Source: a virus
Virus record (IMG/VR): IMGVR_UViG_3300008259_000009
Strand: one strand, 5' to 3'
Length of the DNA stretch: 64,000 nt
Under the pieces are notes generated by a model that was not told the DNA's origin, did no database searches, and saw only the letters and a program-made list of their open reading frames with translations. Positions 42,346 through 52,077 of this stretch are shown here, piece by piece. The translations under genes and the position numbers were made by a program. Within the stretch, counting starts at the first letter, position 1. Every line of letters starts with the position of its first letter.

Positions 42346-42876
42346 TTAAAATTTATAACAAAGTATTATTCGTTCAGATATTATTTCTGAATGATACGGA
42401 GTGTGACCCATAGTCCATTCTTTAATTATTTCATCATCAATCATGTGATGTTCAATATCGTCAGGGCAATCCCATTTATAGGGTAATGAAATGATACAAT
42501 ATTTTGATATTCTTTTTATTTCATCAAAAACTAATTTTTGACTAGGACTTAAATGTTCTAAAACTTGTAAAGCAACAAATACATCGTATTCTTTATCAGG
42601 TATATCCCAAGGAGTTTTTGTTGCGTCAAAAATATAATTTTTATTTTTTATATTATCAGGGTCAACTGTGTCAATTTCTAACGCTATAGTATCACTAAAA
42701 CCCATTAAAGACATTCTATTAGTACCCATCTCTATTGCGGTCTTAGGATTTATTTTTTTTAACTCATTAACAACAATCTCACTATATTTCCATCTAAAAT
42801 GTTTAGATTTATCCCAATATCTATCATTTAATCTTTTTACTTTGTTGTAATATTCAACTTTATCAACTATATTCAT
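42346..42876 (-). CDS. Class I SAM-methyltransferase-like protein
   Basis: FDATKTPWDIPDKEYDVFVALQVLEHL. Confidence 0.6.
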   Translation of the reverse strand: MNIVDKVEYYNKVKRLNDRYWDKSKHFRWKYSEIVVNELKKINPKTAIEMGTNRMSLMGFSDTIALEIDTVDPDNIKNKNYIFDATKTPWDIPDKEYDVFVALQVLEHLSPSQKLVFDEIKRISKYCIISLPYKWDCPDDIEHHMIDDEIIKEWTMGHTPYHSEIISERIILCYKF

Positions 42877-42974
42877 ATTAAATAAATATAACCAAAAAAA
42901 AATAATAGTGTATTTTACGTATAATCGTTTTTTACTCTTGAATGTTATTTAATTTTCTTATAATGTTATGAGCA

Positions 42975-43466
42975 ATGGATAAAGTATTAGTATTAAATTC
43001 TGATTACACCCCAATAAATGTTACGACATTAATTAGGGGGTTTACATTAGTGGATAAAGGTAAAGCGGAAGTTTTAAAGTCAGGTGATAACCCTATAACA
43101 TCAGGACATAAAAAATACGTTAGACCCCTTATCATACGTTTATTGAATTACGTTAGATTTAGAGTTAAACCTTTAAAAATTAATAGACAACGTATTTTTA
43201 AACGGGATGGTTTTAAATGTTCGTACTGTGGGATATCTAAAAATCTTACTATTGACCATATTTTACCTAAATCAAGGGGTGGTGGAAATACTTGGTTAAA
43301 TCTAACAACTTGTTGTAAAAACTGTAATAGAATAAAAGATAATAAAACACCCGAAGAGGCTGGTATGAAATTGATTAATCGTCCTTTTGAACCTTCATTA
43401 TTTTCAGAAGTTATTAATCCATCTATTTCAGAGATTTGGAATGAGTTTAAAAAATCTTATAGTTAA
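42975..43466 (+). CDS. HNH endonuclease (McrA-like)
   Basis: VLVLNSDY; IFKRDGFKCSYCG; TIDHILPKSRGG; CCKNCNRIK. Confidence 0.9.
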   Translation: MDKVLVLNSDYTPINVTTLIRGFTLVDKGKAEVLKSGDNPITSGHKKYVRPLIIRLLNYVRFRVKPLKINRQRIFKRDGFKCSYCGISKNLTIDHILPKSRGGGNTWLNLTTCCKNCNRIKDNKTPEEAGMKLINRPFEPSLFSEVINPSISEIWNEFKKSYS

Positions 43467-43469
43467 AAC

Positions 43470-43495
43470 AAAAAGGTGTCAAACGACACCTTTTT
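43470..43495. terminator. Bidirectional terminator
   Basis: AAAAAGGTGTC-aaac-GACACCTTTTT. Confidence 0.85.
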
Positions 43496-43555
43496 GCTAG
43501 ATTTGCTCTCCTTTCTTTTAAAATGTTAAGCCTTTTAGACAAATCTAAAAGATTT

Positions 43556-45079
43556 TTATGCCATCACTTTTTGTTTGATAGTTGATGCTGCAGAACCTAA
43601 TTTCTGACCAATACCACCCAATAAAGGACAAATAAATTCACTAACTTTTTGTTCAACTTTTTGACCAAATGAACTGTCTTCAGCCATCTCAATTAATGCG
43701 TTACGTAAAATATCATAACCCGCACCCTCAAATCCTCTTTCAGCTTGTATTTTCTTAGTGGTACCCTCAACAATTGATTTTGATATGATATTACTAACAA
43801 AACTACAATTAGTTAATTTTGGTAATTCACTTATCGGAACGTTACCTATTGCCGTTATAATTATTGACCCTAACCAACTATCAGATTCTATTGGTGTAAA
43901 TTTCTCAACAATCCAAGTTGCAAATTGCTCTTTGAAGTAACTGAAGATGCTTTCAGATGCGTTACCGAATAAACCTTTAACCATGTCAAATAACCCTTCT
44001 TGGATTAATTCAGGTCTATACCCTAATGAATTTAACTCGGCAGTTTCTTTAATTAGTTCATTAACAAATTCTCTAATTTCTTTTTCAGTTTTAATACTTT
44101 TACCTTCAGTTAATACTTCGTATCTATTTTTAATTACCGTAGTTTCACTAATAAGAATATTTTTTTTCTCAATTGATTTTTTAATTAAATTTTCTTTAAT
44201 TACACTTTTAATGCTTGTTGATTCTTTCATATTCATTTTATTAGTTAAAAATTCATTAATACCATACTTACTTGTATCACCTATTATATTTTTCATTTCA
44301 TCACCAACACCTAACGTACCCTCAATAAATTTTTCACCTTGTTCATAACAAGCAAAAACTCCACGTTTTAATGACATTAATTCGGCATCATCAACTTGTG
44401 CGTTAGTTTTTCTTAGATAATCTAAAGTTTTAATCATACTTCTACAATCTTTTTTAGATGTCTCACCACTCTTTACTCTTTTAAGAAGTTTTTTAGCTGA
44501 TTTACTATCAATCTTACCTGTAATTTCGGAATCATCTGTCGGTCTACGTGTGATTCTATCCTTTAATGAATAGTTTTCAGGTGTTTCATCTTCCATTGGA
44601 TATGCGTAAATAGGACCACCTGTCCCACCTAAATCTTTATAATAATCTTTATACTTACCACCCATCAGTAGTCTAATGTCCATTCTTTTGTCATATCTAC
44701 CGTCAGTAATCTCAGGAGCAACTAAAGTATATCCAGCTTTATTTAAAACGTCCTCTACAACTTTATTGTCTGCAGTTATTTTAAGTTTTTCTTCGTCAGA
44801 TTTAAGTTTTTCTTCGTCAGATTTTTTTTGTTCTACCGACTTAAACCCTTCGCAAGATATTTTACCCGTCTTCAATGTTTCTTTAGTAGATGGATTAATT
44901 GCCTCAATAGTTAAATCTTCATAAACAAAAATCCAATTCCCTTTTTCAGTTTTCTTGTATAAAGCAACTTTATTATTAATAGGGTTAGTTACAAACTTAA
45001 AATCATCGGTCACACATTTTTGAGCTTTGATTTCTTTTAAATTTGTTAATCCTGTATTTTGGTCTTCTTTTAATAACAT
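43556..45079 (-). CDS. Hypothetical protein, putative virion-internal
   Basis: 507 aa; C-terminal helical region with hydrophobic stretch. Confidence 0.75.
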   Translation of the reverse strand: MLLKEDQNTGLTNLKEIKAQKCVTDDFKFVTNPINNKVALYKKTEKGNWIFVYEDLTIEAINPSTKETLKTGKISCEGFKSVEQKKSDEEKLKSDEEKLKITADNKVVEDVLNKAGYTLVAPEITDGRYDKRMDIRLLMGGKYKDYYKDLGGTGGPIYAYPMEDETPENYSLKDRITRRPTDDSEITGKIDSKSAKKLLKRVKSGETSKKDCRSMIKTLDYLRKTNAQVDDAELMSLKRGVFACYEQGEKFIEGTLGVGDEMKNIIGDTSKYGINEFLTNKMNMKESTSIKSVIKENLIKKSIEKKNILISETTVIKNRYEVLTEGKSIKTEKEIREFVNELIKETAELNSLGYRPELIQEGLFDMVKGLFGNASESIFSYFKEQFATWIVEKFTPIESDSWLGSIIITAIGNVPISELPKLTNCSFVSNIISKSIVEGTTKKIQAERGFEGAGYDILRNALIEMAEDSSFGQKVEQKVSEFICPLLGGIGQKLGSAASTIKQKVMA

Positions 45080-45105
45080 TGTATTTTATATTAATTTTAT
45101 TTTAT

Positions 45106-46500
45106 TTAAATCCCAGCTAAAAAATCTTTAACATTAACTGATTCAGGTTCTATTGTTGTCGGTTCTGAAATAGGTTTTACTGTTGTAGTTGTGGTTGTTA
45201 CATTTTGTGCAATACCACAAATTCCATCAACATCAGAATCACTAAAAATCAATTTACCAAGTTTAGACTGAACAGCCGCTTCTGTTTTAGGTCCAAATAA
45301 ACCGTCCATTTTAACACCTAAACAACCTTGTACTTTTCTAATTACTTCAGATTTACATCCTTTATTATATGTTCCACTACAAGCTCTGTATGTTGGTTGG
45401 GTTGTTCCTCCACCACCATCTGTGTTAGAACCTCCACCTCCACCATCTGTGACTACAGGTGTTACTGAACCTTTAACAGGATAATATTCTTGACCATCAA
45501 ATTCTAATACTAATTTTTCACCATCACATTCCCAAGTACCTTCAAATTGACCATTTTTTGCGGTTCCATCATTTCTAAAATAAGTATATCCGTTCATGTC
45601 TAACGATTGTAAACCTGTTTTACCTTTAACAGATAAAATACCTGGTTTAATCTGAACCGCCTTTGAAAAATTGTTGTATCCAACAAAATCAATTAAACAT
45701 TGACTCCATATCTTAGGTTTTGCGGAAAACCAGTTTCTCCAAAGATATATCGCCAACCATCCTGCTGCACCATACATAATTACCTTTTTCCAACCAAGTC
45801 TTTTAGCGTATTCAAGTACTTTCAACCCTTTCATTCGGGCCAATTTTTTAAAACCTTCCCATTTACCTTTTTGAGTATTTAAACTAAGTAAATCTTTTTC
45901 AGATTTTATATTTTTACCTGCTTGAACGTCTTTACCTGATGTTTTAAGGATATCTTCACCTGTTTTTATTTTACCTCCAATGTTTTCAGTTTGTTTAACA
46001 ATTGAAGTTATCGCCTCTTCGCTATATCCAGCGGCCTTTAACGCTTTTTCGTACTCAACTTGACCTTTAGCTAATGATGATGAATATTTGTTTATAAAAC
46101 TTTTGTTTCTTGCTAAGTTACTAGCTGCAGCATCAATTAATGATTTATTAGTTGTTCTTGATTTTAATATAGCTAACTCAAGTTCACCTTTTAGAAAACT
46201 ATTTAGTTTACCTAATTTAATCGCACTTGCAAGTTCTTCAGCGGTTCTAACTCCCGTCCTCATTCCTTTAGCATCAGTTAAAGTCACATTTTTAAGTTCA
46301 TTAGCGACTTTACTATCTTTCATCATAGTTTTAAGCACACCCTCAAGTTCACGAGCCGCAACTCCACCACCTCTAACAATATCTTTTATAACACCTTGTT
46401 CTGAAATTACGGATTCAACACTTTCTAAATTTTCAGTTAATGTTGTACTCATATCGTATTTCATTAACAATAATTGTCTTTTTAATAAATCTTCACTCAT
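45106..46500 (-). CDS. Putative virion protein with TM segment and C-terminal peptidoglycan-binding domain
   Basis: WKKVIMYGAAGWLAIYLW; KGCKSEVIRKVQGCLG...DGLFGPKTEAAV. Confidence 0.75.
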   Translation of the reverse strand: MSEDLLKRQLLLMKYDMSTTLTENLESVESVISEQGVIKDIVRGGGVAARELEGVLKTMMKDSKVANELKNVTLTDAKGMRTGVRTAEELASAIKLGKLNSFLKGELELAILKSRTTNKSLIDAAASNLARNKSFINKYSSSLAKGQVEYEKALKAAGYSEEAITSIVKQTENIGGKIKTGEDILKTSGKDVQAGKNIKSEKDLLSLNTQKGKWEGFKKLARMKGLKVLEYAKRLGWKKVIMYGAAGWLAIYLWRNWFSAKPKIWSQCLIDFVGYNNFSKAVQIKPGILSVKGKTGLQSLDMNGYTYFRNDGTAKNGQFEGTWECDGEKLVLEFDGQEYYPVKGSVTPVVTDGGGGGSNTDGGGGTTQPTYRACSGTYNKGCKSEVIRKVQGCLGVKMDGLFGPKTEAAVQSKLGKLIFSDSDVDGICGIAQNVTTTTTTVKPISEPTTIEPESVNVKDFLAGI

Positions 46501-46505
46501 AATAT

Positions 46506-47711
46506 TTATATTTTATTTATATTATATACCGACTTCACATCTGAGTCTGTTAGTGCGGATGCCAATTCCATCTCACCTTTTTCTTGTTTATACCCACTAT
46601 AAGTTCCAATACCACCAACTAAAGCGGTTGTTCCAATCGCAGCTCTTGACCCTCTTGCCAATTTACCAGTTCCAGGTGCAATTGTATGTAACGCCTTAGA
46701 AATAAAATTAGATATCCCTTTTAAAAATTTACCAATTTTACTTAAGATACCACCAATAAATTTAGCACCCATAGGGAATTTAGTTTTTAACCAATTAACG
46801 GCTCTTTCTAAAAGACCAGGGGCTTTTTCAACGGCTCCACCAATTTTAGTTAACAAGTTTTTTACGGTTGAGTTTTTAGCCGCAACCACTCCCAACTCTT
46901 CAGCGGTTTTAACCCCTCTAACAGCACCTTCAAGGGCCACTCTTCCTGATTTAGCTACTGCCCCCGCAAAAACTAAACCTAAGATATCAACTCCTAAGAA
47001 TAATAATCTTTGCCAAGTAGGTAAGTTTTCCTCATAATTACCTGTAACCATTTCATACACATCTAAAGCAACTATTATTGCCCAAGGAATCCACTGAACC
47101 GCTTTACCAATTCCTGTCGCAACTAAAATAGCGTCAAGAATCAACCCGACAGGATGATACAATGCACTTCTTAGTTTTCTTGCCAACCATAAAACTCCTT
47201 TCCCTAATAATGAAAAAACTTCTTTCCATTCACCCTTAGATATTTTATCAACAATATCACCAATACCTTTAACACTTTTTTTAGCGAATTCTTTAAATCC
47301 GTCAATAGTGGATTTACCTGTTTCGTAAGCCCAATTTTTAAAACTACTCCATAATCCTTCATTTAACAGGACCTTGAAATCTGATTTTAAATGTGAAATG
47401 TTTTTTGTACTTTCGGTTATAAGTTTACTACTTAGGATTAATTCTGCCTCTTCCTTTATTTGTTTGGGTAAAGTTGACACAGCAAATGAGTGTGATAAGA
47501 AAGTTTTTAAATTATTAAAGTCTTCCCATATATTCCCAAGTTTGGTTTTGTTTTCAATGTCATATAACTCATCCAAAAATATGATGTATTTTTCATCGGG
47601 AGATAACCAATCGGTAATAACAATTTCCTCACTAATGTTATTAGTTGCGGTTATATTGTATAAACCTAATATATTGTCTTTTTCCGATTCTGTAATCAAC
47701 AGTTTCTTCAT
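46506..47711 (-). CDS. Putative virion protein with shared ITES N-terminus and hydrophobic helices
   Basis: MKKLLITESEKDNILGL; LILDAILVATGIG...WAIIVALD; FLGVDILGLVFAGAV. Confidence 0.75.
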   Translation of the reverse strand: MKKLLITESEKDNILGLYNITATNNISEEIVITDWLSPDEKYIIFLDELYDIENKTKLGNIWEDFNNLKTFLSHSFAVSTLPKQIKEEAELILSSKLITESTKNISHLKSDFKVLLNEGLWSSFKNWAYETGKSTIDGFKEFAKKSVKGIGDIVDKISKGEWKEVFSLLGKGVLWLARKLRSALYHPVGLILDAILVATGIGKAVQWIPWAIIVALDVYEMVTGNYEENLPTWQRLLFLGVDILGLVFAGAVAKSGRVALEGAVRGVKTAEELGVVAAKNSTVKNLLTKIGGAVEKAPGLLERAVNWLKTKFPMGAKFIGGILSKIGKFLKGISNFISKALHTIAPGTGKLARGSRAAIGTTALVGGIGTYSGYKQEKGEMELASALTDSDVKSVYNINKI

Positions 47712-47757
47712 ATCTTATTTTATCTTATAAATAGTTTATAATATAAAAAAGTAAATT

Positions 47758-48009
47758 TTACAATAAAGTATTAGCTTTACCTCTGTTAACTTTTACAATG
47801 TCCGCCCATTTAACTATCGCTATTTGATTGGCAGGTCCTCTAGCAACACCTGATTCCCATTTTGTCACTGTCGGATAATCTGGTTTTGTATCTCCACCAG
47901 TATCTCCTCCGCCCGCCGTAGTGGTATCTTGTTCACTTAATTCTGTGTCATATGATTTATTAATAACCATATTCATAACTGAGATTATATTGTCAATTTC
48001 ACTTCTCAT
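47758..48009 (-). CDS. Small hypothetical protein
   Basis: 83 aa, TATTTAT upstream; KWESGVARGPAN. Confidence 0.7.
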   Translation of the reverse strand: MRSEIDNIISVMNMVINKSYDTELSEQDTTTAGGGDTGGDTKPDYPTVTKWESGVARGPANQIAIVKWADIVKVNRGKANTLL

Positions 48010-48066
48010 AGTTATAAATATTAATGGAAATAAAAAACCCCCTAATTGAGGGGGTGGTTTTAAAAA

Positions 48067-48411
48067 CTATTTTTTAGATAGTATGAAGAAAAATTGAGAC
48101 ACTGAAATTACTATTAAATTTAACATCAGTAATGGAGATATAATAACAAATATAATAATATTAATGTCTTGATATGAATACCCGTAATTTCTACCAATGT
48201 AGTTGATGATATCACAGCATTTTTCAAATAAAGTCAGATTATTATCTTTTAAAAACAAAGTCGCGAACAAATCAAGATATGAATCGTATGAATATCCTTT
48301 TAAAAGGTACGGACTAACAACGTAAGATTCGTTACCACAAAGTAAAATAACTGAAAAAACGACTAACCAAAAAATAACACTACCCCAATAAATTGATTTT
48401 ATGAATTTCAT
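48067..48411 (-). CDS. Membrane protein
   Basis: Two hydrophobic segments; TATCTTTG upstream. Confidence 0.6.
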   Translation of the reverse strand: MKFIKSIYWGSVIFWLVVFSVILLCGNESYVVSPYLLKGYSYDSYLDLFATLFLKDNNLTLFEKCCDIINYIGRNYGYSYQDINIIIFVIISPLLMLNLIVISVSQFFFILSKK

Positions 48412-48454
48412 CTCTTTGTCTTTTTATTATTACAAAGATAATGGATTTTTTCAA

Positions 48455-49624
48455 TTACGCAACATTTTGAGGATAATCTATAGTAATATTTACTTTTGGT
48501 TTATTATTAACATTGGTGTCAGGATGTTCTAAGTAAGCCAAATGTCTAATACAAGCGTACCACCCAGCCTTCGGGTTTTCATTTTTTATTTTTAATATTT
48601 TTTGCGGATATGTTAAGTTTTCAAGTTCCTTTAAATTTGTTTTAGCATCAGGAATAGGACTAAAGTCATAAATGTCGGTTACTTTTAGTTTACCATTTTC
48701 AATTTTATAAGTAAATCTACCTAAAGTTGTTGCTATCATAAATATAGGATTACTATTTAAAGTATTCAAAACCATATCTACAGATTTTACACCACCAGGT
48801 CCGAACCATTTATCGGCATTTTCTTTACCATAATCAACATATTCGGTAGCACCTAATTTAGTTTTACCAGTTCTTTTAACCGCATTATTAACCGCAGTTT
48901 TAATGACCGCCAATTGGTCAGGTTTAAAGTCGGACTCGTCTAAATCCCTTGAATAAAATAACTGAATAACATTTGGAAATTGTTTTCTTAAAAACTTTTT
49001 AACTCCTCTGACCGCCGCATTTCCCGCTGTTTTAACACCAGAGTATGCTGGGGACGTAAAAGTTAAAAACGCATCTAACGCAACACCCGCAACAGATGCT
49101 AAGTTTTTCACATCATCCCAAAGTGTCCCACTTTTTTTAGTTTCTTGTTTTAGAGCACTCACATAAGATTGTTTGTAAGTTTTCATCGCATTTTTTGTTT
49201 CAGGACCATATGTCCCTAGATAATTGTTAGGTAACTTACCACCTTTAAACCAATTGGGTTTATTTTTATTCATCCATAATTGGAACCCCATAATGAATTT
49301 TTGGTTATTCGCTTTTTGATATTTCTTATTTAAAGTTGATGATAATTGTCCGTATAATTTTTTTAATGCTACGGGGTATTTCTCTAAACTAACCCAATTG
49401 TTTGATTTATCTGTTTTTCTTTTAAAGAACCACTTCATATTCTCTAATTTGTAATCGTAAGACTTATCAAAATCTTTATAAACCCCATCATTCATTCTTT
49501 TCATTTTATCAATGACATTAGGGAACAATTTTGATTCCACCGATTTGTTTAAAAGTTGTTCATTTAAAACCTTTCTAATTGAGGTTTTTAATTCCCTTTC
49601 ATTAATGTTAATTCTATTTTTCAT
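48455..49624 (-). CDS. Hypothetical protein with PG-binding-like segment
   Basis: FQLWMNK...GTYGPETKNAM; N-terminus MKNRININERELKTSIRKVLNE. Confidence 0.7.
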   Translation of the reverse strand: MKNRININERELKTSIRKVLNEQLLNKSVESKLFPNVIDKMKRMNDGVYKDFDKSYDYKLENMKWFFKRKTDKSNNWVSLEKYPVALKKLYGQLSSTLNKKYQKANNQKFIMGFQLWMNKNKPNWFKGGKLPNNYLGTYGPETKNAMKTYKQSYVSALKQETKKSGTLWDDVKNLASVAGVALDAFLTFTSPAYSGVKTAGNAAVRGVKKFLRKQFPNVIQLFYSRDLDESDFKPDQLAVIKTAVNNAVKRTGKTKLGATEYVDYGKENADKWFGPGGVKSVDMVLNTLNSNPIFMIATTLGRFTYKIENGKLKVTDIYDFSPIPDAKTNLKELENLTYPQKILKIKNENPKAGWYACIRHLAYLEHPDTNVNNKPKVNITIDYPQNVA

Positions 49625-49628
49625 ATTT

Positions 49629-49946
49629 TTAAAAAAATTCGGCCTTAGGCAAGTTACCTGAATTTATTAAGTAATATTCATTTAAAAACGAAATTACGTC
49701 ATCTTCTAATTCATCATCTTCAAAAAGTTCGTCAAAATCATCATATTCAAATTCGTCCTCATCTAACAAGTCTTCAAATTCATCAATCCTATTAAGTAAA
49801 ACATCATAACCAAAATTTTTAATTTCACTAAAATTTATTTGGTCAGTTCTAATTTCATCGTCAGTATCTAATAAAGTTCTAAAAGTTACGTCTAATGTTT
49901 GCGATGATTCATTAATGTAAAACGACACTAATTCCTTAATTTCCAT
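49629..49946 (-). CDS. Acidic hypothetical protein
   Basis: Start at MEIKELVSF. Confidence 0.7.
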   Translation of the reverse strand: MEIKELVSFYINESSQTLDVTFRTLLDTDDEIRTDQINFSEIKNFGYDVLLNRIDEFEDLLDEDEFEYDDFDELFEDDELEDDVISFLNEYYLINSGNLPKAEFF

Positions 49947-49947
49947 T

Positions 49948-50481
49948 TCAATATTTCTTAAATCTATTGAACATGTCAATAGTTCTATTTAATTGTTCTT
50001 GTAATGGTTCAACCATATCGTCGTCAAGTTCATCAAAGATACTATCGTCGTGGTGGTCACATTCACAGTCAATCATTCCACAAATTGAACATACTTCCTC
50101 ATTAAAGTCAACAGTTCCGTGTTCTAAATCCATGGGTCCATCACCAATTGTATCTAGTTGCATTTCATCTAACTCTTCAAATGTTTCTTCAGGTTCAAAT
50201 CCGTGAGACCCTGAATAAACGTCCTCAGTTGCTTCATCGGAAAACAATCCAGTATCTTTACCATCATATTTCATTTCATTGATATTCATATTTCTATACT
50301 CACCAACTTCACCTCTATTATTAACGGTAATACCGTTTTTATCATTTGCAAAATCTTGGGTATATAATGGTTGTTCATTTGGTTTTGAATATTGAGTCAC
50401 ATATCCGTCATAAATTTCTTTATGCTTGTCTAATATGTTATTTCTTTCCTCGTTTGTAATATTGAAAAAATAAGCGTTCAT
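49948..50481 (-). CDS. Acidic hypothetical protein with related N-terminal motif
   Basis: MNAYFFNITNEERNNILDKH. Confidence 0.7.
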   Translation of the reverse strand: MNAYFFNITNEERNNILDKHKEIYDGYVTQYSKPNEQPLYTQDFANDKNGITVNNRGEVGEYRNMNINEMKYDGKDTGLFSDEATEDVYSGSHGFEPEETFEELDEMQLDTIGDGPMDLEHGTVDFNEEVCSICGMIDCECDHHDDSIFDELDDDMVEPLQEQLNRTIDMFNRFKKY

Positions 50482-50615
50482 AATTTTTTTATTTATAAAT
50501 ATTAGTTGAAAGGGACGGAATGGATGAGATTGAGGCCATTGAGTTTTACGATTTTAATATTCTTGGTTTATATGCTGGTGAACAAAATCCTGTTTTTCTC
50601 ACAATACCATAACAA

Positions 50616-51401
50616 TTAAAAACTTGTCATATAGATTCTTAATACTCTACTTGCCAAATCTTTAATATGTCTATTAGCCAATCTTAATATTTTACTTTGT
50701 TCCATAGAATCCTCATCTTCATCATCACCTAATTTTTCTGAATCAATTTTGTACTTATCTTCAATTAGATTCATTGTGACCATAATCATTATATTTCTAG
50801 CATCATCTGCCATATCTAATACTTCCTCAAACGCTTCATCGTCGCCTATCGTTCCATCACCATAGTGTCTATCAATATAATCTCTACCCATATATAAGAA
50901 CGGAGAAGCTCCAAACATATTAACTATACCCGACTTTTTAATTAATTTTAAAAATCTAACTAATTCCAAGAGGTAATTTTTATTATTCATTTTAAAGTAT
51001 TTAACGACATCGGCATTTTTAATAAAGGTATCCATATCACGGTCTTCATTTACCTTTCTTTTTTTTCTTCCTTGACAATGAGCTTTTTGAGAGAACCCTT
51101 TTGGGTTTTTACAATCAATACTTTTTTTATATTTTTGAGACCATTTCTCTTCAATTGGGGATTTTGCTCTGTTAATTAACATCCATCTGTCTGTAGTTGA
51201 GAATAGATTATTGGTTGATATGAGGTTACCAATATTTTCTTTATCACCATCATCCCAATTAACATAGTAAGCTTCAGAACCATCGTCAGGGTCTCTAAAT
51301 ACACCTCTAACTACACCATAACAACCAGGGTAAGGTTTGGTTTCACCTTCCATATTTAATAATCTAATTCTATCCTTTTCTTGTAATTTTGGTTTAAACA
51401 T
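50616..51401 (-). CDS. Hypothetical protein
   Basis: 261 aa, contains short KWSQKYKKSIDCKNPKGFSQKAHC module. Confidence 0.7.
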   Translation of the reverse strand: MFKPKLQEKDRIRLLNMEGETKPYPGCYGVVRGVFRDPDDGSEAYYVNWDDGDKENIGNLISTNNLFSTTDRWMLINRAKSPIEEKWSQKYKKSIDCKNPKGFSQKAHCQGRKKRKVNEDRDMDTFIKNADVVKYFKMNNKNYLLELVRFLKLIKKSGIVNMFGASPFLYMGRDYIDRHYGDGTIGDDEAFEEVLDMADDARNIMIMVTMNLIEDKYKIDSEKLGDDEDEDSMEQSKILRLANRHIKDLASRVLRIYMTSF

Positions 51402-51447
51402 GATATAAAATATTTATTAATAAATATAACAAGATATTTATATTAAT

Positions 51448-52077
51448 ATGAAAACCACAATTTTAATTACTGAAGAACAAAAAAGAAAACTTATTGTTGA
51501 GTCTCTTAATAACGAAATAGAAGATGATGTGAAACAAAGCTATAATCTTTTTAAACGAATTACAGAATTTTCTAAAGATGAGTTTTCAAACAATCTTGGA
51601 TTTTTAATTACTTGGGGAGCGGGTATTGGTGGTTTTATGAAACCAGTTAATGATTTTTTATCAGGCGAGTATCCTGAATTAAGTGATAGAGATACGACAT
51701 TAATTTTATTAGGTATTGTAGGAACTATTTTTATGGATAATAGAACTTTTATTGGTGATATTATTGATAAAATTAAAGAAAAAGGTTTGTTTGATGTATT
51801 TAAAATCGCACTTAATAAATCTAAAAATTTAAAGAAAACTTTTATTTCATTTTTAAAATCAATTGATATTAATGTTGGTAGTATGGTGACAATGTTATCT
51901 TACGCCTTTATGATACCATCACTAGGACCAATTATAAACTTAGTGCAAACAGGTCAAGTTACATATGACGATACTATGTTATTTGTTTCGTCAATCGGGA
52001 TGTCAAAATTAATTACTTTATCAGGTAAAGTTTTAAGTGAATTTTTTAAGAAACTAATTAGTAAATTACAAAATTAA
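51448..52077 (+). CDS. Hypothetical protein with shared ITEE N-terminus and hydrophobic segments
   Basis: MKTTILITEEQKRKLIVE; + strand TATTTAT at 51435. Confidence 0.75.
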   Translation: MKTTILITEEQKRKLIVESLNNEIEDDVKQSYNLFKRITEFSKDEFSNNLGFLITWGAGIGGFMKPVNDFLSGEYPELSDRDTTLILLGIVGTIFMDNRTFIGDIIDKIKEKGLFDVFKIALNKSKNLKKTFISFLKSIDINVGSMVTMLSYAFMIPSLGPIINLVQTGQVTYDDTMLFVSSIGMSKLITLSGKVLSEFFKKLISKLQN

